From positions 70,252 to 133,464 of the forward strand of contig JBBFKZ010000004.1 of the NCBI GenBank assembly GCA_037481775.1: DNA of 63,213 nucleotides. Reading direction: 5' to 3'. Shown piece after piece: positions 20,144 through 29,552 of this stretch. Position 1 is the first letter of the stretch, and each line of letters begins with the position of its first letter. Both the position numbers and the translations under genes were made by a program. The notes beneath the pieces are model-generated. The model saw only the letters and a list, made by a program, of their open reading frames with translations. It was not told the DNA's origin and did not search any database. This DNA comes from Candidatus Bathyarchaeia archaeon (GTDB taxonomy: Archaea; Thermoproteota; Bathyarchaeia; Bathyarchaeales; Bathycorpusculaceae).

Positions 20144-20980
20144 CTAGACATCTCCTATCTTAACGCTGACACTGCCGATATAAAACTCGACAACAGAATC
20201 AGCAGATAAAGGCACACTCTCACTGGCACTTGCAAATTGGAAAAAGCTATTGTTGAAATCAGAAAGTAAAAACTCCACATTAATTGTAACTTGACTATTC
20301 CCAGAGTATGAAAATTTGGTGACGTGCTCGCCAACCAGAGTTACGGACTGCGACAGATAACGCTGTTCACTTGAAGGCACGAGCCGGGGTAAGTAAAACT
20401 TGTAATAGATGGTCGAGGTGCCGCCTTCCCTTGAAATTGTGCTGTTCATAATTCTTATTGTGGGAACCAAAACGATTCGGGTGTAGCTGCCATCGCTCAT
20501 CGGGAGTTTCTCAACGCAAAGCACGTGACACGCCGAGACGGAAGTGCCTTCCTGCAAGACAGAGCCGCTGTGCGCGGGAACTATGCGCTCGAAGTATCCA
20601 TTGCCAACGGAATGCGAGGATACGGGCATGTTAAACATGAGAATCCCTGTAGTTTCGCTGAAAAGCGGCGTACCATCTACGGTAACAGTGTAGCGTATAA
20701 CGTCTGGCTTGATGACCATGCTGCCGTAGCGGCTTGAGTAGCGAATCGTCTGAGTACGCCCAATAGTCCATGCGATGTCATCCAGCTGCAGACCGGTGGT
20801 TAGCATAAACTGCTTGTTGGCGCTGTACTCGTTCTCGGCTAAGCGCTTGTCAAGAAAAGTGCTTGCGTAAGTTGCCGCCACAAGAATCATCACTACCACA
20901 GCCGCCGTCAAGATAACTGTGGAGACGGCTGGTGCAACTGCATTTTTAGCACTCTGGAAACTTCGCTTATCACATGGCAT
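20144..20980 (-). CDS. Pilin-like protein with class III signal peptide
   Basis: KNA/VAPAVSTVILTAAVVVMIL. Confidence 0.75.
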   Translation of the reverse strand: MPCDKRSFQSAKNAVAPAVSTVILTAAVVVMILVAATYASTFLDKRLAENEYSANKQFMLTTGLQLDDIAWTIGRTQTIRYSSRYGSMVIKPDVIRYTVTVDGTPLFSETTGILMFNMPVSSHSVGNGYFERIVPAHSGSVLQEGTSVSACHVLCVEKLPMSDGSYTRIVLVPTIRIMNSTISREGGTSTIYYKFYLPRLVPSSEQRYLSQSVTLVGEHVTKFSYSGNSQVTINVEFLLSDFNNSFFQFASASESVPLSADSVVEFYIGSVSVKIGDV

Positions 20981-20994
20981 GTTTTCTTCACTCC

Positions 20995-22707
20995 TTAGCC
21001 AAAGCTTACAAGCGACGGCAGAATCTTCGCCGCTGCCAAAGCAATTACAACCAGTATTGAGGCATGCTTGAAGCCTGCTGCAACTGATTCTTCGCTAATT
21101 TTCCCAGCAACCAAGCCGATCAGGTAGCTGTGAAAAATTACTGAGGTTAAGAAGATGGTTTTCATGCCGCTGAGGTCCTTCGAAGCGCTCGTCGGTGTTA
21201 CTGTTCCAGCCACGCCCAAGGTGCCCGTGGTGAAACTCAACATCATAATTGTCGTTGCAACCAGCAATAGCGAGGCAATGTAGGGCATCATAATATAGGG
21301 GCGAACCGCCATCTTTTTTTCCTTCTCAACCTCCTGCGTCAAACTGTTAAACCTTGCAAGCGACTCAATCATGGCGATGGTGCCGCCACCCACGTCGATG
21401 GTTTCAACTAGGAGGAACATGACTAGCTGAGCCATCCAGCTTTTTGTGCGTGTGACGAATTGCATGATTACTTTCTTAACGGGTATGCCCCAGGAAATCT
21501 CTGAGCTGATTTTACGTAGCTCTTTGGTGAAGATGCCGTAGTCGCGCTTAGATAGGCTCTCGATGCACTTCTCTGGCGACAAGCCTGTTTTTCTAACTTC
21601 GGTTAAGTCTCGCAGGAAACTGGTGATTCCCTGCTCCATGCCTGCCTTTTCCTTTGATAGCTTAATGTGTACAATTGCAGCTGGCAAAGTTGCAACTGCC
21701 AAGGCTACTGCGATGGCCACAGGCAAATCAATTATCTCTGTTAGTGAGCTGAACAGTGGGAGAGGCACAAACCCCATGAAGTTCGTTAACAACAAGAACA
21801 GGACGACGCCTACGACACCGCAGATGCCATACACCTTATAGGGTCGCATGTCAACAACAGGCGTCTTCGGCTGCATGCTATGAGCTAAGTAAATGAACAT
21901 AAGCGACAGCATAGGCGTGAAAAGGTAAGTATATAATATTATGCCTGATGTCAGTGATACGCCAGTGCTATAAATTGCGTCTACGCTGAATAGGATGTAG
22001 AAGCATAGCGACATCATAACCATCACGATAATGAAGGTTTCCAGAAGCATGCCAAGGCGTTCAGCAGCAACCTTAACCCGTAAAGCACGAGTCTTGAATA
22101 TTTCTTCTGCTTTACGCTCAAGGAAGTGCCCGATGTCTCCGCCTATGATAACCGTTGAGGCGTAACCAGAGAGGAAATCTCGGAATACGTCAAGCGGGTT
22201 CTTTTTCGAAGCATGCTCAAGCGCCGTTAAGGGGTCAATGCCGAATATTTCTACATCTTTTATTATTTCTCTGGCCTCTTTGCGCATAGCAGGAAGCAAT
22301 TCAACTTCCGAAAGACGCTTGAAGCTTGTGTAGGGCGCTATGCCGCCTGACGCCATAACGCTAATGTATGCTGCTGCGAAGGGCATTTCACGCTCTAAAC
22401 CAGAGGCTCGATCGCTAGCTTTTGACAGGGGAGCAGCTAGGAAACCCGCCATAACGTAAAATGGAAGAGGAACCAAGAAAAGTAGCGGCAGAAAACCAAA
22501 AATTAGCAGTAGAATTGATGCTATCACAGTTACGGGAATTGTTAGCATCACAACGAAAAACATTAAGGAGATATAGGTTTCAGGATAGATTTTGATCATA
22601 GCCTTCTCTAGGCTGTGTTTGCAGTTATAGACTCGTTTCAGAAAGAAGGGAGCTATGCCGCCGAAGATGCGGAAGGACCACGCTTCAAGCGTTTCGAGAA
22701 GCGGCAA
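20995..22707 (-). CDS. Type IV pilus membrane platform protein (TadC/PilC/ArlJ family, two T2SSF domains)
   Basis: EREMPFAAAYISVMASGG and FLRDLTEVRKTGLSP repeats; follows the ATPase. Confidence 0.92.
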   Translation of the reverse strand: MPLLETLEAWSFRIFGGIAPFFLKRVYNCKHSLEKAMIKIYPETYISLMFFVVMLTIPVTVIASILLLIFGFLPLLFLVPLPFYVMAGFLAAPLSKASDRASGLEREMPFAAAYISVMASGGIAPYTSFKRLSEVELLPAMRKEAREIIKDVEIFGIDPLTALEHASKKNPLDVFRDFLSGYASTVIIGGDIGHFLERKAEEIFKTRALRVKVAAERLGMLLETFIIVMVMMSLCFYILFSVDAIYSTGVSLTSGIILYTYLFTPMLSLMFIYLAHSMQPKTPVVDMRPYKVYGICGVVGVVLFLLLTNFMGFVPLPLFSSLTEIIDLPVAIAVALAVATLPAAIVHIKLSKEKAGMEQGITSFLRDLTEVRKTGLSPEKCIESLSKRDYGIFTKELRKISSEISWGIPVKKVIMQFVTRTKSWMAQLVMFLLVETIDVGGGTIAMIESLARFNSLTQEVEKEKKMAVRPYIMMPYIASLLLVATTIMMLSFTTGTLGVAGTVTPTSASKDLSGMKTIFLTSVIFHSYLIGLVAGKISEESVAAGFKHASILVVIALAAAKILPSLVSFG

Positions 22708-24349
22708 CGGCTTTTACCTCCTCCCCTGCAAGTATTTTATCATAAATTTGCTTCGGTCTCGCATAGTACTCTGCAATTATGGCGGCTACATCCTTGTAGC
22801 TGCGTATGTTTCGCTCTCTCATCCAATGCAAAACGTGTTTACGGTGCTCAAGCTCTTCAAGGAGCGCCTTTTTGGTTATTCCTTGCCGCTCTGCAATGGA
22901 AGATAACAGTGGGCTATCGTTGAAATCTATTACGTGCACATCTTTAGCGGGGTTCCATTTGCATGGAGCATGATATTTCTCGTAATCTTCAATCTCGTTC
23001 ACTGTGATAACTCGCCTGAAGGCCTTTCTTTCGTTGTTCTTGATTAGGTGAACTCTGCGTACAGAGAGTACAATGTTCATCAGCGGGATGTACGCGGGTG
23101 AGATATCCATGGGTTTCTGTGTTAGACGCTTAACGGCGGAGTCCAAGTTTTCCGCGTGCATGGTACACATGCCACCGTGACCTGTGGCCAAAGCCTGGAA
23201 GAGAACATATGCCTCTTGCCCTCTTACCTCACCTACAATCATGATGTCGGGGCGGTGCCGCATTGAAGTTTTGACCAGATCAAATAAGGTAACTTCGCCT
23301 ACGCCGCTTCCGCCTAAGCCGTAGCTTTGGCGTGCGATGAGTGAGACCCAGTTTTCATGTGGCAGGTTAAGCTCGGCTGTTTCTTCGATTGTGATTATTT
23401 TGCTGCCTGGCTTTATTAGGCAGGCTAAGGCGTTTAAGGCGGTTGTTTTGCCTGCTGCGGTTCCGCCTAAAACCATTATGGAAGCTCTGCTTTCTAGGCA
23501 TATCCAGAAGTAAGCAGCCATTTCTTCTGAGAATGTGCCGATGTTTATTAGGTCGATGATTGAGTATGGGTCTTCGCGGAATTTTCTGATTGTGAACGCG
23601 GTGCCGAAGGGTGTGATTTCTCGCCTGTAAGCAACTGCGAGGCGGTGCTTGCCTGGTAGCGAGGCGTCGACTATGGGGAAGGCGGAGCTTACGTGTTTGC
23701 CAGCCATGTGTACGAGTTTGACGACGAGGTTGTCGAGGGTTTCGTCGTCAGGGAATTGGAGGCTTGTTTCGATGCTTTCGTAATTGCGGTGCCACACGTA
23801 GACTGGCTTGGTTACTCCGTCGCATGAAATATCTTCAATGTTTGGATCACGCATTAGCGGGTCGATTTTTCCGAAGCCGACGAGGTCTCTTTCTGCATGG
23901 TAGAGGATCTTGTACCATGATACGTCGGGAAGCCAGCCTAGACTAATGCGGTATTTGTCGACTATTTTTTTGGCTTCTTCAGCGAAGAATTTTCTTGGGT
24001 CGAGAATTTCTTCTTTTGGTGATTCAATTTCAGCAAGTAATATTTCTAGGATGCGATCATAAACGCCCTTTTCCAGTGGGTCAAGTTGTAGCTCGTCTAG
24101 TATGTATTTGTACTCGCCGGTTTTTGGGTTTTGAACTATTACAACATGTGCAAAGGGCTCGTATAGTGGGTATTTGTCTACTACTTTTAGGCCCCTGGGT
24201 ATGGGTTTTGGTGGAGGTGGTGGGATGGGCAGTTGCTTTTCTTTTTTCTTGAAGTTTATGTTGATTTTTATTTTTTTTAAGCTGGTGAGTGGCGATTTGA
24301 AGCGTACAGTGGGCATTTTGCTTCTCCTTATGTAGGATGGAAGGCGCAT
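22685..24349 (-). CDS. Type IV pilus assembly ATPase (VirB11/TadA/ArlI family)
   Basis: Walker A GGTAAGKTT, TIEETAEL, RHRPDIMIVGEVRG, TGHGGMCTMHA. Confidence 0.96.
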   Translation of the reverse strand: MRLPSYIRRSKMPTVRFKSPLTSLKKIKININFKKKEKQLPIPPPPPKPIPRGLKVVDKYPLYEPFAHVVIVQNPKTGEYKYILDELQLDPLEKGVYDRILEILLAEIESPKEEILDPRKFFAEEAKKIVDKYRISLGWLPDVSWYKILYHAERDLVGFGKIDPLMRDPNIEDISCDGVTKPVYVWHRNYESIETSLQFPDDETLDNLVVKLVHMAGKHVSSAFPIVDASLPGKHRLAVAYRREITPFGTAFTIRKFREDPYSIIDLINIGTFSEEMAAYFWICLESRASIMVLGGTAAGKTTALNALACLIKPGSKIITIEETAELNLPHENWVSLIARQSYGLGGSGVGEVTLFDLVKTSMRHRPDIMIVGEVRGQEAYVLFQALATGHGGMCTMHAENLDSAVKRLTQKPMDISPAYIPLMNIVLSVRRVHLIKNNERKAFRRVITVNEIEDYEKYHAPCKWNPAKDVHVIDFNDSPLLSSIAERQGITKKALLEELEHRKHVLHWMRERNIRSYKDVAAIIAEYYARPKQIYDKILAGEEVKAVAASRNA

Positions 24350-24509
24350 TCTATTAAATATTGTGTCTTAACAGACAATATTGTAAACATGTTAAACACA
24401 AATACATATTCAAAATCAGAATCAACACCCAACAAACCACTTTGACGCATCACAACAACAAAAACCATGAACAAAAAGGAAATGGAAAATACAAACCGCA
24501 ACGCTTAAT

Positions 24510-24797
24510 CTACTTTTTAGCCTTTTTCAACTCTTGAATTATCTTTTGAGTCTCTTCTTCTGAAGGATGACTAATAGCGCCAACAGGGCATATGTCCTCG
24601 CAGCCGCGGCAGAACACCACACAATTGTACGGATTCTTAACAACTGTCCGCTTTTTTCCGTCTTTTTCTTCAAAGTCGAAAGCGTGATTGTGGCAGAACT
24701 CCACGCACTTGCCGCACGTTATGCACTTTTCGTAATCAATTATTGGATACCATGGAATCTTTTCGCGGGGAATCCCTTCGTAAGTTTCTTCTATCAT
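24510..24797 (-). CDS. 4Fe-4S dicluster ferredoxin (ars-island type)
   Basis: CITCGKCVEFC and CVVFCRGCEDICP; GGAGG RBS before ATG 24797. Confidence 0.9.
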   Translation of the reverse strand: MIEETYEGIPREKIPWYPIIDYEKCITCGKCVEFCHNHAFDFEEKDGKKRTVVKNPYNCVVFCRGCEDICPVGAISHPSEEETQKIIQELKKAKK

Positions 24798-24833
24798 TAT
24801 TTTTGCCTCCCTCATTTTTCGGTACCAGATATA

Positions 24834-24857
24834 ATAACAATATTTAAATTTTGTTAT
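24834..24857. promoter_or_regulatory. Palindromic operator candidate (ArsR-type), copy 1
   Basis: ATAACAATATTT|AAATTTTGTTAT, 1 mismatch, between the divergent ferredoxin and arsR. Confidence 0.6.
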
Positions 24858-24908
24858 TGTTTTCTCGTAAACTGTACGGTGGAACAAACAGGAAAAAGGG
24901 GCACGTGT

Positions 24909-24930
24909 ATAACAATATTTAAATATTCAT
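24909..24930. promoter_or_regulatory. Palindromic operator candidate, copy 2
   Basis: ATAACAATATTTAAAT is identical to copy 1 over 16 nt; lies just upstream of arsR. Confidence 0.6.
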
Positions 24931-24947
24931 TTCGCCCCATTTTTCTG

Positions 24948-25274
24948 ATGATGCCTTCACAAACAAACAACAAAAACAAGTTTAAAGCCAAAATTTTCAA
25001 AGCGCTATCAGACCCTGTACGCTTAAGCATATTAGAATTTCTCCGCGACGGCGAAAAATGCGTATGCGAAATCATACCTCACGTCAACCATATCCAACCC
25101 GTAGTCTCCCGACACCTAAAAATCCTCAAAGACACTGGCATAGTCATTGACCGAAAAGAAGGTAACAGAAGACTCTACTCAATAACAGATCAACAAATAT
25201 TCAAAATTATTGACGGATTAACGCCAGAGCTGGTCAACACGTTTGCAAAGAAGATAATTGAACAGATCACCTAG
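24948..25274 (+). CDS. arsR: ArsR/SmtB transcriptional repressor
   Basis: FKALSDPVRL..EKCVCEI..VSRHLKIL; ATG 24948 preferred. Confidence 0.92.
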   Translation: MMPSQTNNKNKFKAKIFKALSDPVRLSILEFLRDGEKCVCEIIPHVNHIQPVVSRHLKILKDTGIVIDRKEGNRRLYSITDQQIFKIIDGLTPELVNTFAKKIIEQIT

Positions 25275-25306
25275 GCGGGAAGGCAAACAGCAAAGGTTGT
25301 GCCGAT

Positions 25307-25468
25307 ATGGATTACCCCACATGCGAACGCAAAACATGTATTCACTGGAAAAACGGGCGATGCATCTTAAAAAACCCAGAAAAATACGACGACACATGCC
25401 TACACTACGAGGACACAATGGATGCACTAAGATTAAAGGCAGACCACCTAAAGGGATCACTTGGGTGA
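25307..25468 (+). CDS. 53-aa four-cysteine microprotein
   Basis: Manual translation MDYPTCERKTCIHWKNGRCILKNPEKYDDTCLHYEDTMDALRLKADHLKGSLG; below the ORF-track cutoff. Confidence 0.65.
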   Translation: MDYPTCERKTCIHWKNGRCILKNPEKYDDTCLHYEDTMDALRLKADHLKGSLG

Positions 25469-25492
25469 ATGCAAGCTATCCAATAGTGCGAG

Positions 25493-25684
25493 CTATCCAT
25501 CACCACAGGCTAATCCATCCATCGCCGCCAAATATCGCCTGGCATCTTCAACTGTTCTAAAAGGTCCGTAAACAAAATCGTACTGCGGGTGGCTTTCTTT
25601 TGTTGGAGTTGTTTCTGACTCAAAAATTTCAGGTTTTGCGTTTTCTTTTATCCCTACATAAACGCCCATCTTTGCTTCCCCCAT
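25493..25684 (-). CDS. Small hypothetical protein with C-terminal ACGDG
   Basis: Protein-like composition; divergent from arsR2 across an operator palindrome. Confidence 0.65.
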   Translation of the reverse strand: MGEAKMGVYVGIKENAKPEIFESETTPTKESHPQYDFVYGPFRTVEDARRYLAAMDGLACGDG

Positions 25685-25702
25685 AAGTAAACCAGATTAT
25701 AA

Positions 25703-25724
25703 ATAACGTATTTAAATATGTTGT
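25703..25724. promoter_or_regulatory. Palindromic operator candidate, copy 3
   Basis: ATAACGTATTT|AAATATGTTGT upstream of arsR2. Confidence 0.55.
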
Positions 25725-25736
25725 TTAATAATTTGT

Positions 25737-26132
25737 ATGTGCTTGATCATGATTGAATCAAAAATTAACGAAAGATTAAGTCGATTAGCCGAAACAGGAA
25801 GCTGCTCTTTTGAGAAAGCATCTGAGTATGTGGATGATTTAAAAGTGCTTGCGGATAAAGGAATGAGCACCGAAGAGGCGGAAGTTAGAAGTAAGTTTTT
25901 TAAGGCACTTGCTGACCCGACAAGGTTGCGGATTCTTGGGTTGCTGAAAGCCCGCGAGATGTGTGTTTGCGAGGTTATGGTTGCGTTGGACTTGACGCAG
26001 CCGACGGCTTCGCATCACTTGGGGATTTTGGAAAATGTTGGGCTTGTAAAGAAACGAAAAGAGGGAAAGTGGGTTTTCTACAGTCTTGCAGATTTGGAAA
26101 AGTTTGAGCTTATTCGTAACATTACGCTTTGA
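25737..26132 (+). CDS. arsR: ArsR/SmtB transcriptional repressor (second copy)
   Basis: FKALADPTRL..EMCVCEV..ASHHLGIL; upstream of acr3. Confidence 0.92.
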   Translation: MCLIMIESKINERLSRLAETGSCSFEKASEYVDDLKVLADKGMSTEEAEVRSKFFKALADPTRLRILGLLKAREMCVCEVMVALDLTQPTASHHLGILENVGLVKKRKEGKWVFYSLADLEKFELIRNITL

Positions 26133-26141
26133 TATTTTACA

Positions 26142-26163
26142 ACAACAAATTTAAATATTTCAA
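26142..26163. promoter_or_regulatory. Operator candidate, copy 4
   Basis: ACAACAAATTTAAATATTTCAA between arsR2 and acr3. Confidence 0.45.
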
Positions 26164-26194
26164 TACGTCGTTTTTAAAGACAAGGCGGAAAACA

Positions 26195-27283
26195 ATGAAA
26201 GAAACAATAGTAAACATCGACAAAACCGAACCATCCAAAAAGGCGTTAACAGAAAAGCAAGCAACAAAACAGGAAGCAACTCTTGGCCTTTTCGAGAAAT
26301 ATTTGACTCTTTGGATTGCCATCTGCATAGTTATCGGCCTGCTGCTTGGGCGCTTTTTGCCGCAGTTCGGTCAGTTCATGGATTCACTCAAGTTCAACAA
26401 GCTCTCCATTCCCATCGGCATTCTCTTGTTCTTTATGATGTACCCCACAGTCGTCGGCATACGCTTCAGCGATATAAAAAAGGCAGCGCAAAACCCAGGA
26501 CCGTTACTGGTCACGATAATCGCAAATTGGGTTGTAGCGCCAGCCCTCATGACACTTTACGCTAACGTGCTTCTCGCTGGAAACCCAGAGTACATTGCAG
26601 GCGTCATACTTCTGGGCTTGTCACCCTGCACCGCCATGGTAATGTGGTGGATGTTCCTAGCCAAAGGAGACATGGCGCAGGGATTAATTAACACAGCCAT
26701 AAACGCATTACTAATGCTTGCACTCTACGCGCCGCTCGCAGCGTTCTATCTCGGCGTAAGCAGCATCCCAGTTCCATGGGATCTTATCGCCACAAGCGTG
26801 CTCATTTTCATCGCGTTGCCTGTCGCCGCTGGTGCAATTTCCCGCAAAGTTATACTAAGCCGAAAAGGTGAAGAATGGTTCAACAACAAGTACATTCCGA
26901 CGCTGGGCAAAATATCCATTGTCGCCTTGCTAACAACGCTTATCGTTTTGTTCTCATTCCAAGGCGAAATCATCCTAACTAATCCGTTATTAGTGGCGTA
27001 TCTCGCCGCGCCGAATCTACTCCATTACGCTACCATGGTCGCATGGACCTACCCTCTGGGCTATTTCCTCGGCTGGAAATATGAGTCAGCTATTGACACC
27101 ATGCTCATAGGCAGCAGCAGCCATTTTGAAGTCGCCATAGCAGTAGCCACTACGCTTTATGGGATAAACTCAGGCGCAGCCTTAGCCACAGTCATCGGAC
27201 CGCTGATGGAAGTGCCACTAATGCTATCGCTTGTCAAACTTGGATTGCGGACCAGAAAATACTTCCCTAGGAAAAAGAAATAA
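26195..27283 (+). CDS. acr3: Arsenite efflux transporter Acr3
   Basis: FEKYLTLWI, MMYP, SPCTAMV, SSHFEVAIA, GPLMEVP. Confidence 0.96.
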   Translation: MKETIVNIDKTEPSKKALTEKQATKQEATLGLFEKYLTLWIAICIVIGLLLGRFLPQFGQFMDSLKFNKLSIPIGILLFFMMYPTVVGIRFSDIKKAAQNPGPLLVTIIANWVVAPALMTLYANVLLAGNPEYIAGVILLGLSPCTAMVMWWMFLAKGDMAQGLINTAINALLMLALYAPLAAFYLGVSSIPVPWDLIATSVLIFIALPVAAGAISRKVILSRKGEEWFNNKYIPTLGKISIVALLTTLIVLFSFQGEIILTNPLLVAYLAAPNLLHYATMVAWTYPLGYFLGWKYESAIDTMLIGSSSHFEVAIAVATTLYGINSGAALATVIGPLMEVPLMLSLVKLGLRTRKYFPRKKK

Positions 27284-27357
27284 GCAACAGAATAGTCGTT
27301 ATCAACTTTAATTGTTTGAATGGCCGCGGAGTTTAAGGGGAAAGTGAGGAGAATTTA

Positions 27358-27924
27358 ATGCATAAAGCAAACACATTGAAACTCAGCGACGCACTTTATA
27401 GCGTGGCAATCCCGATAGTTGTGGCTTTTCTCATAGTAGGCATTGGAATGTCAACTTCACCTGCCGCCACCGGACTCAAATATACGCTGCTAGAAGCCAT
27501 CGTCGCCGTCGGAGTACCCATGCTAATTGGGCTGGCGTGGAACCGGTGGGCAGGCGGAGCCGCAGGTTTTCTCATGGGCAGCTTGTACGCGCTATATTTT
27601 GCAGACCAAGTTTACGCTTCTCAAGGACGCAGCGACATAAGCCTGCTGGGCAATCTGGTCAGCGCCATGCTAATAGGCTACATAGCCGGCGCGTTAAACA
27701 AACGCTCAGACAGCTACAAACGAATGCTCACCTCTGGAGTAATAGCCGGAATCGCAGGCTCCATCATCGTCGTCTACACCAGCAGCTTCTCAACCATTCT
27801 GGGACCCGCAACAATAGGAGCCGCCGCCACAGCATTTCTACCTAGAGTACTAGCCGGAATAATAGTCCCAGTAGTAGCCAGAGCATTCCTGCGGCACAGC
27901 GCAAACAGCAAAAGAACAGAATAG
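27358..27924 (+). CDS. Unknown multi-TM membrane protein (paralog A)
   Basis: GVPMLIGLAWNRWAGGAAGFLMGS..SAMLIGYIAGALNKRS shared with 31167..31796. Confidence 0.75.
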   Translation: MHKANTLKLSDALYSVAIPIVVAFLIVGIGMSTSPAATGLKYTLLEAIVAVGVPMLIGLAWNRWAGGAAGFLMGSLYALYFADQVYASQGRSDISLLGNLVSAMLIGYIAGALNKRSDSYKRMLTSGVIAGIAGSIIVVYTSSFSTILGPATIGAAATAFLPRVLAGIIVPVVARAFLRHSANSKRTE

Positions 27925-28007
27925 CCAGCCGCAGCAGGCACAAAGCTGCATTTGAAAAAAAGCATAATTCAGCCGCTTGCCAGAAAAACCCAAGCGCCCG
28001 CAACGGG

Positions 28008-28397
28008 TTAATATGTGCTTTCGCAATCAAGACAGATGTCGCTTTCCCTGTTTGTCCAATAAGTTTTCCCGCAGCGGGGACAAGTAGTTTTGCGAAGCAA
28101 CTTTTCTTTTTCAGATTTGACAGCGGCAAATGGTGTAATTTTCTGCGGAAAACTAATCGCCTTTTTGTGGCATAAAGGTGCACACGCGGTGCATCCGCTT
28201 ATGCATCTAGCAGGATAGGTGACAACTGCCTTTCCATTTTCATATGTGAAGACGCTGTTTGGGCAGTATTCAACGCAACGCGGCTTACCCAATTTGGCGC
28301 AGCCATCACATTTGTCAGAAAAAATTACTGGAAACCAAGGTGCCTGCGCTGTTGTTATTTTCGTCCACCTAAATGTACGTTTCTTGTTTTTGCCCAT
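28008..28397 (-). CDS. 4Fe-4S ferredoxin with C-terminal zinc ribbon
   Basis: CDGC..CVEYCP, CISGCTACAPLC, then CPRC..CLDC. Confidence 0.85.
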   Translation of the reverse strand: MGKNKKRTFRWTKITTAQAPWFPVIFSDKCDGCAKLGKPRCVEYCPNSVFTYENGKAVVTYPARCISGCTACAPLCHKKAISFPQKITPFAAVKSEKEKLLRKTTCPRCGKTYWTNRESDICLDCESTY

Positions 28398-28436
28398 CGT
28401 CTATTTTGAGAATGTTATTTTTCGCATTATTGATGT

Positions 28437-29489
28437 TTAGAAGCCTCCGGTTAAAATACCGTAAAGTAGTCCAGAGAGTATAGAGGTGCAGAAAGCTAGA
28501 AAGCCGTAGGTAATTACTATTTTCCATCCTATTATACGCGAAGTTGAGAGCATGTTAGGTATGTCATAAGGTTGTCCCATCAGCCACGCAATTGTTGCAG
28601 CAGGAGCCATCCCCAAGTTCACAAGGGCTTTGCCCAAAGCTACCTCGATCAGAGTTGGCGTATACAAAGGTCCAGCTAATATAGCTGAATACACGACGCC
28701 TGCTGGCCCGGTCAAGTAGGCTTCTACAATCTCAGCTGGAAAGAATGCTTGAACATAACTCACAACTACAAGACCCAAAGCGAAAGCAGGAATGATTCTT
28801 TTCGCAAGATAGCCGCCGAACTTTAGAGCACTCCAAAGACGCTCATCCAAGGGTTCCTTAACAAGCTCTATGGAGGTTGTTTGTGCGGGATTTTTCTGGA
28901 ATTTCTGCTCAAATCTGTTACCCCAAGGAGTTTTTGAAACAATGTATCCAATAATAACAGCACTCACTCCTGCGGCAATCATGTCTGCAATTGCAATTTG
29001 CCATCCAAGCACTTGTATGGTCACAATGTCTGCCAATAAATTGTTGGCAGGCGCAGCTAGAAGAAAAGTTAAGGCTGGACCGATGCCTCCTCCAGCGTAA
29101 ATTAAACCTGAAAAAAGCGGCACCATCGTGCAGGAGCAAACACAGAAAAGCGGCGCCATAAGCGTGGCGATTAGGTAAGCAATGGGTTTCCTACTGCTCA
29201 TGTACTTAAGCATAAAAGGTTTAGGAATAAACTCAGCGAAAAGGCCTGAAACAACAAACGCGAAACCAAGGCAGATCCAACCGTGCTGAGCATAGTCCCA
29301 CATATAAACAAGCGGGATTTCCCATAGCGGCAGACCTTGTAGGTCTTCAGCAGTAGAAGTGGGCGTGAGAGTGTAGGCGCCAACAATCGCCCTGATCATC
29401 ATCACGATAAAGAAGGCGATAAAGGCAAGCATCAGAATCGTTTTAAGAACTCGCTTTTTCTCCAACGAATTCACCAAGCCCCTTGCCAA
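28437..29489 (-). CDS. ArsP/DUF318 family permease
   Basis: PLFCVCSCTMVP, FLLAAP, GPLY motifs. Confidence 0.88.
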   Translation of the reverse strand: MARGLVNSLEKKRVLKTILMLAFIAFFIVMMIRAIVGAYTLTPTSTAEDLQGLPLWEIPLVYMWDYAQHGWICLGFAFVVSGLFAEFIPKPFMLKYMSSRKPIAYLIATLMAPLFCVCSCTMVPLFSGLIYAGGGIGPALTFLLAAPANNLLADIVTIQVLGWQIAIADMIAAGVSAVIIGYIVSKTPWGNRFEQKFQKNPAQTTSIELVKEPLDERLWSALKFGGYLAKRIIPAFALGLVVVSYVQAFFPAEIVEAYLTGPAGVVYSAILAGPLYTPTLIEVALGKALVNLGMAPAATIAWLMGQPYDIPNMLSTSRIIGWKIVITYGFLAFCTSILSGLLYGILTGGF

Positions 29490-29552
29490 AAAGGCGGCAT
29501 GATGGCAATTAAAAATTGCGAGAATTCCCGTACATCTTTGGACGATTGGCAG

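Noticed and set aside
12240-24349. Archaellum operon
   Set aside because: No arlH, arlF, arlG or chemotaxis genes; pilins lack archaellin signatures.
24357-24382. Imperfect palindrome upstream of the pilus ATPase
   Set aside because: Single AT-rich copy; cannot be distinguished from chance.
24567-24947. Long N-terminal extension of ArsR in the ORF track
   Set aside because: Antisense to the ferredoxin and spans the operator/promoter region; ATG 24948 fits the family length.
25218-25560. ORFs 25218..25460(-) and 25258..25560(+)
   Set aside because: They overlap real genes; the 53-aa four-Cys frame explains the region better.
24510-28397. Ferredoxins as HgcB (mercury methylation)
   Set aside because: No hgcA with an NVWCAAGK cap helix in the window and no C-terminal vicinal Cys tail.
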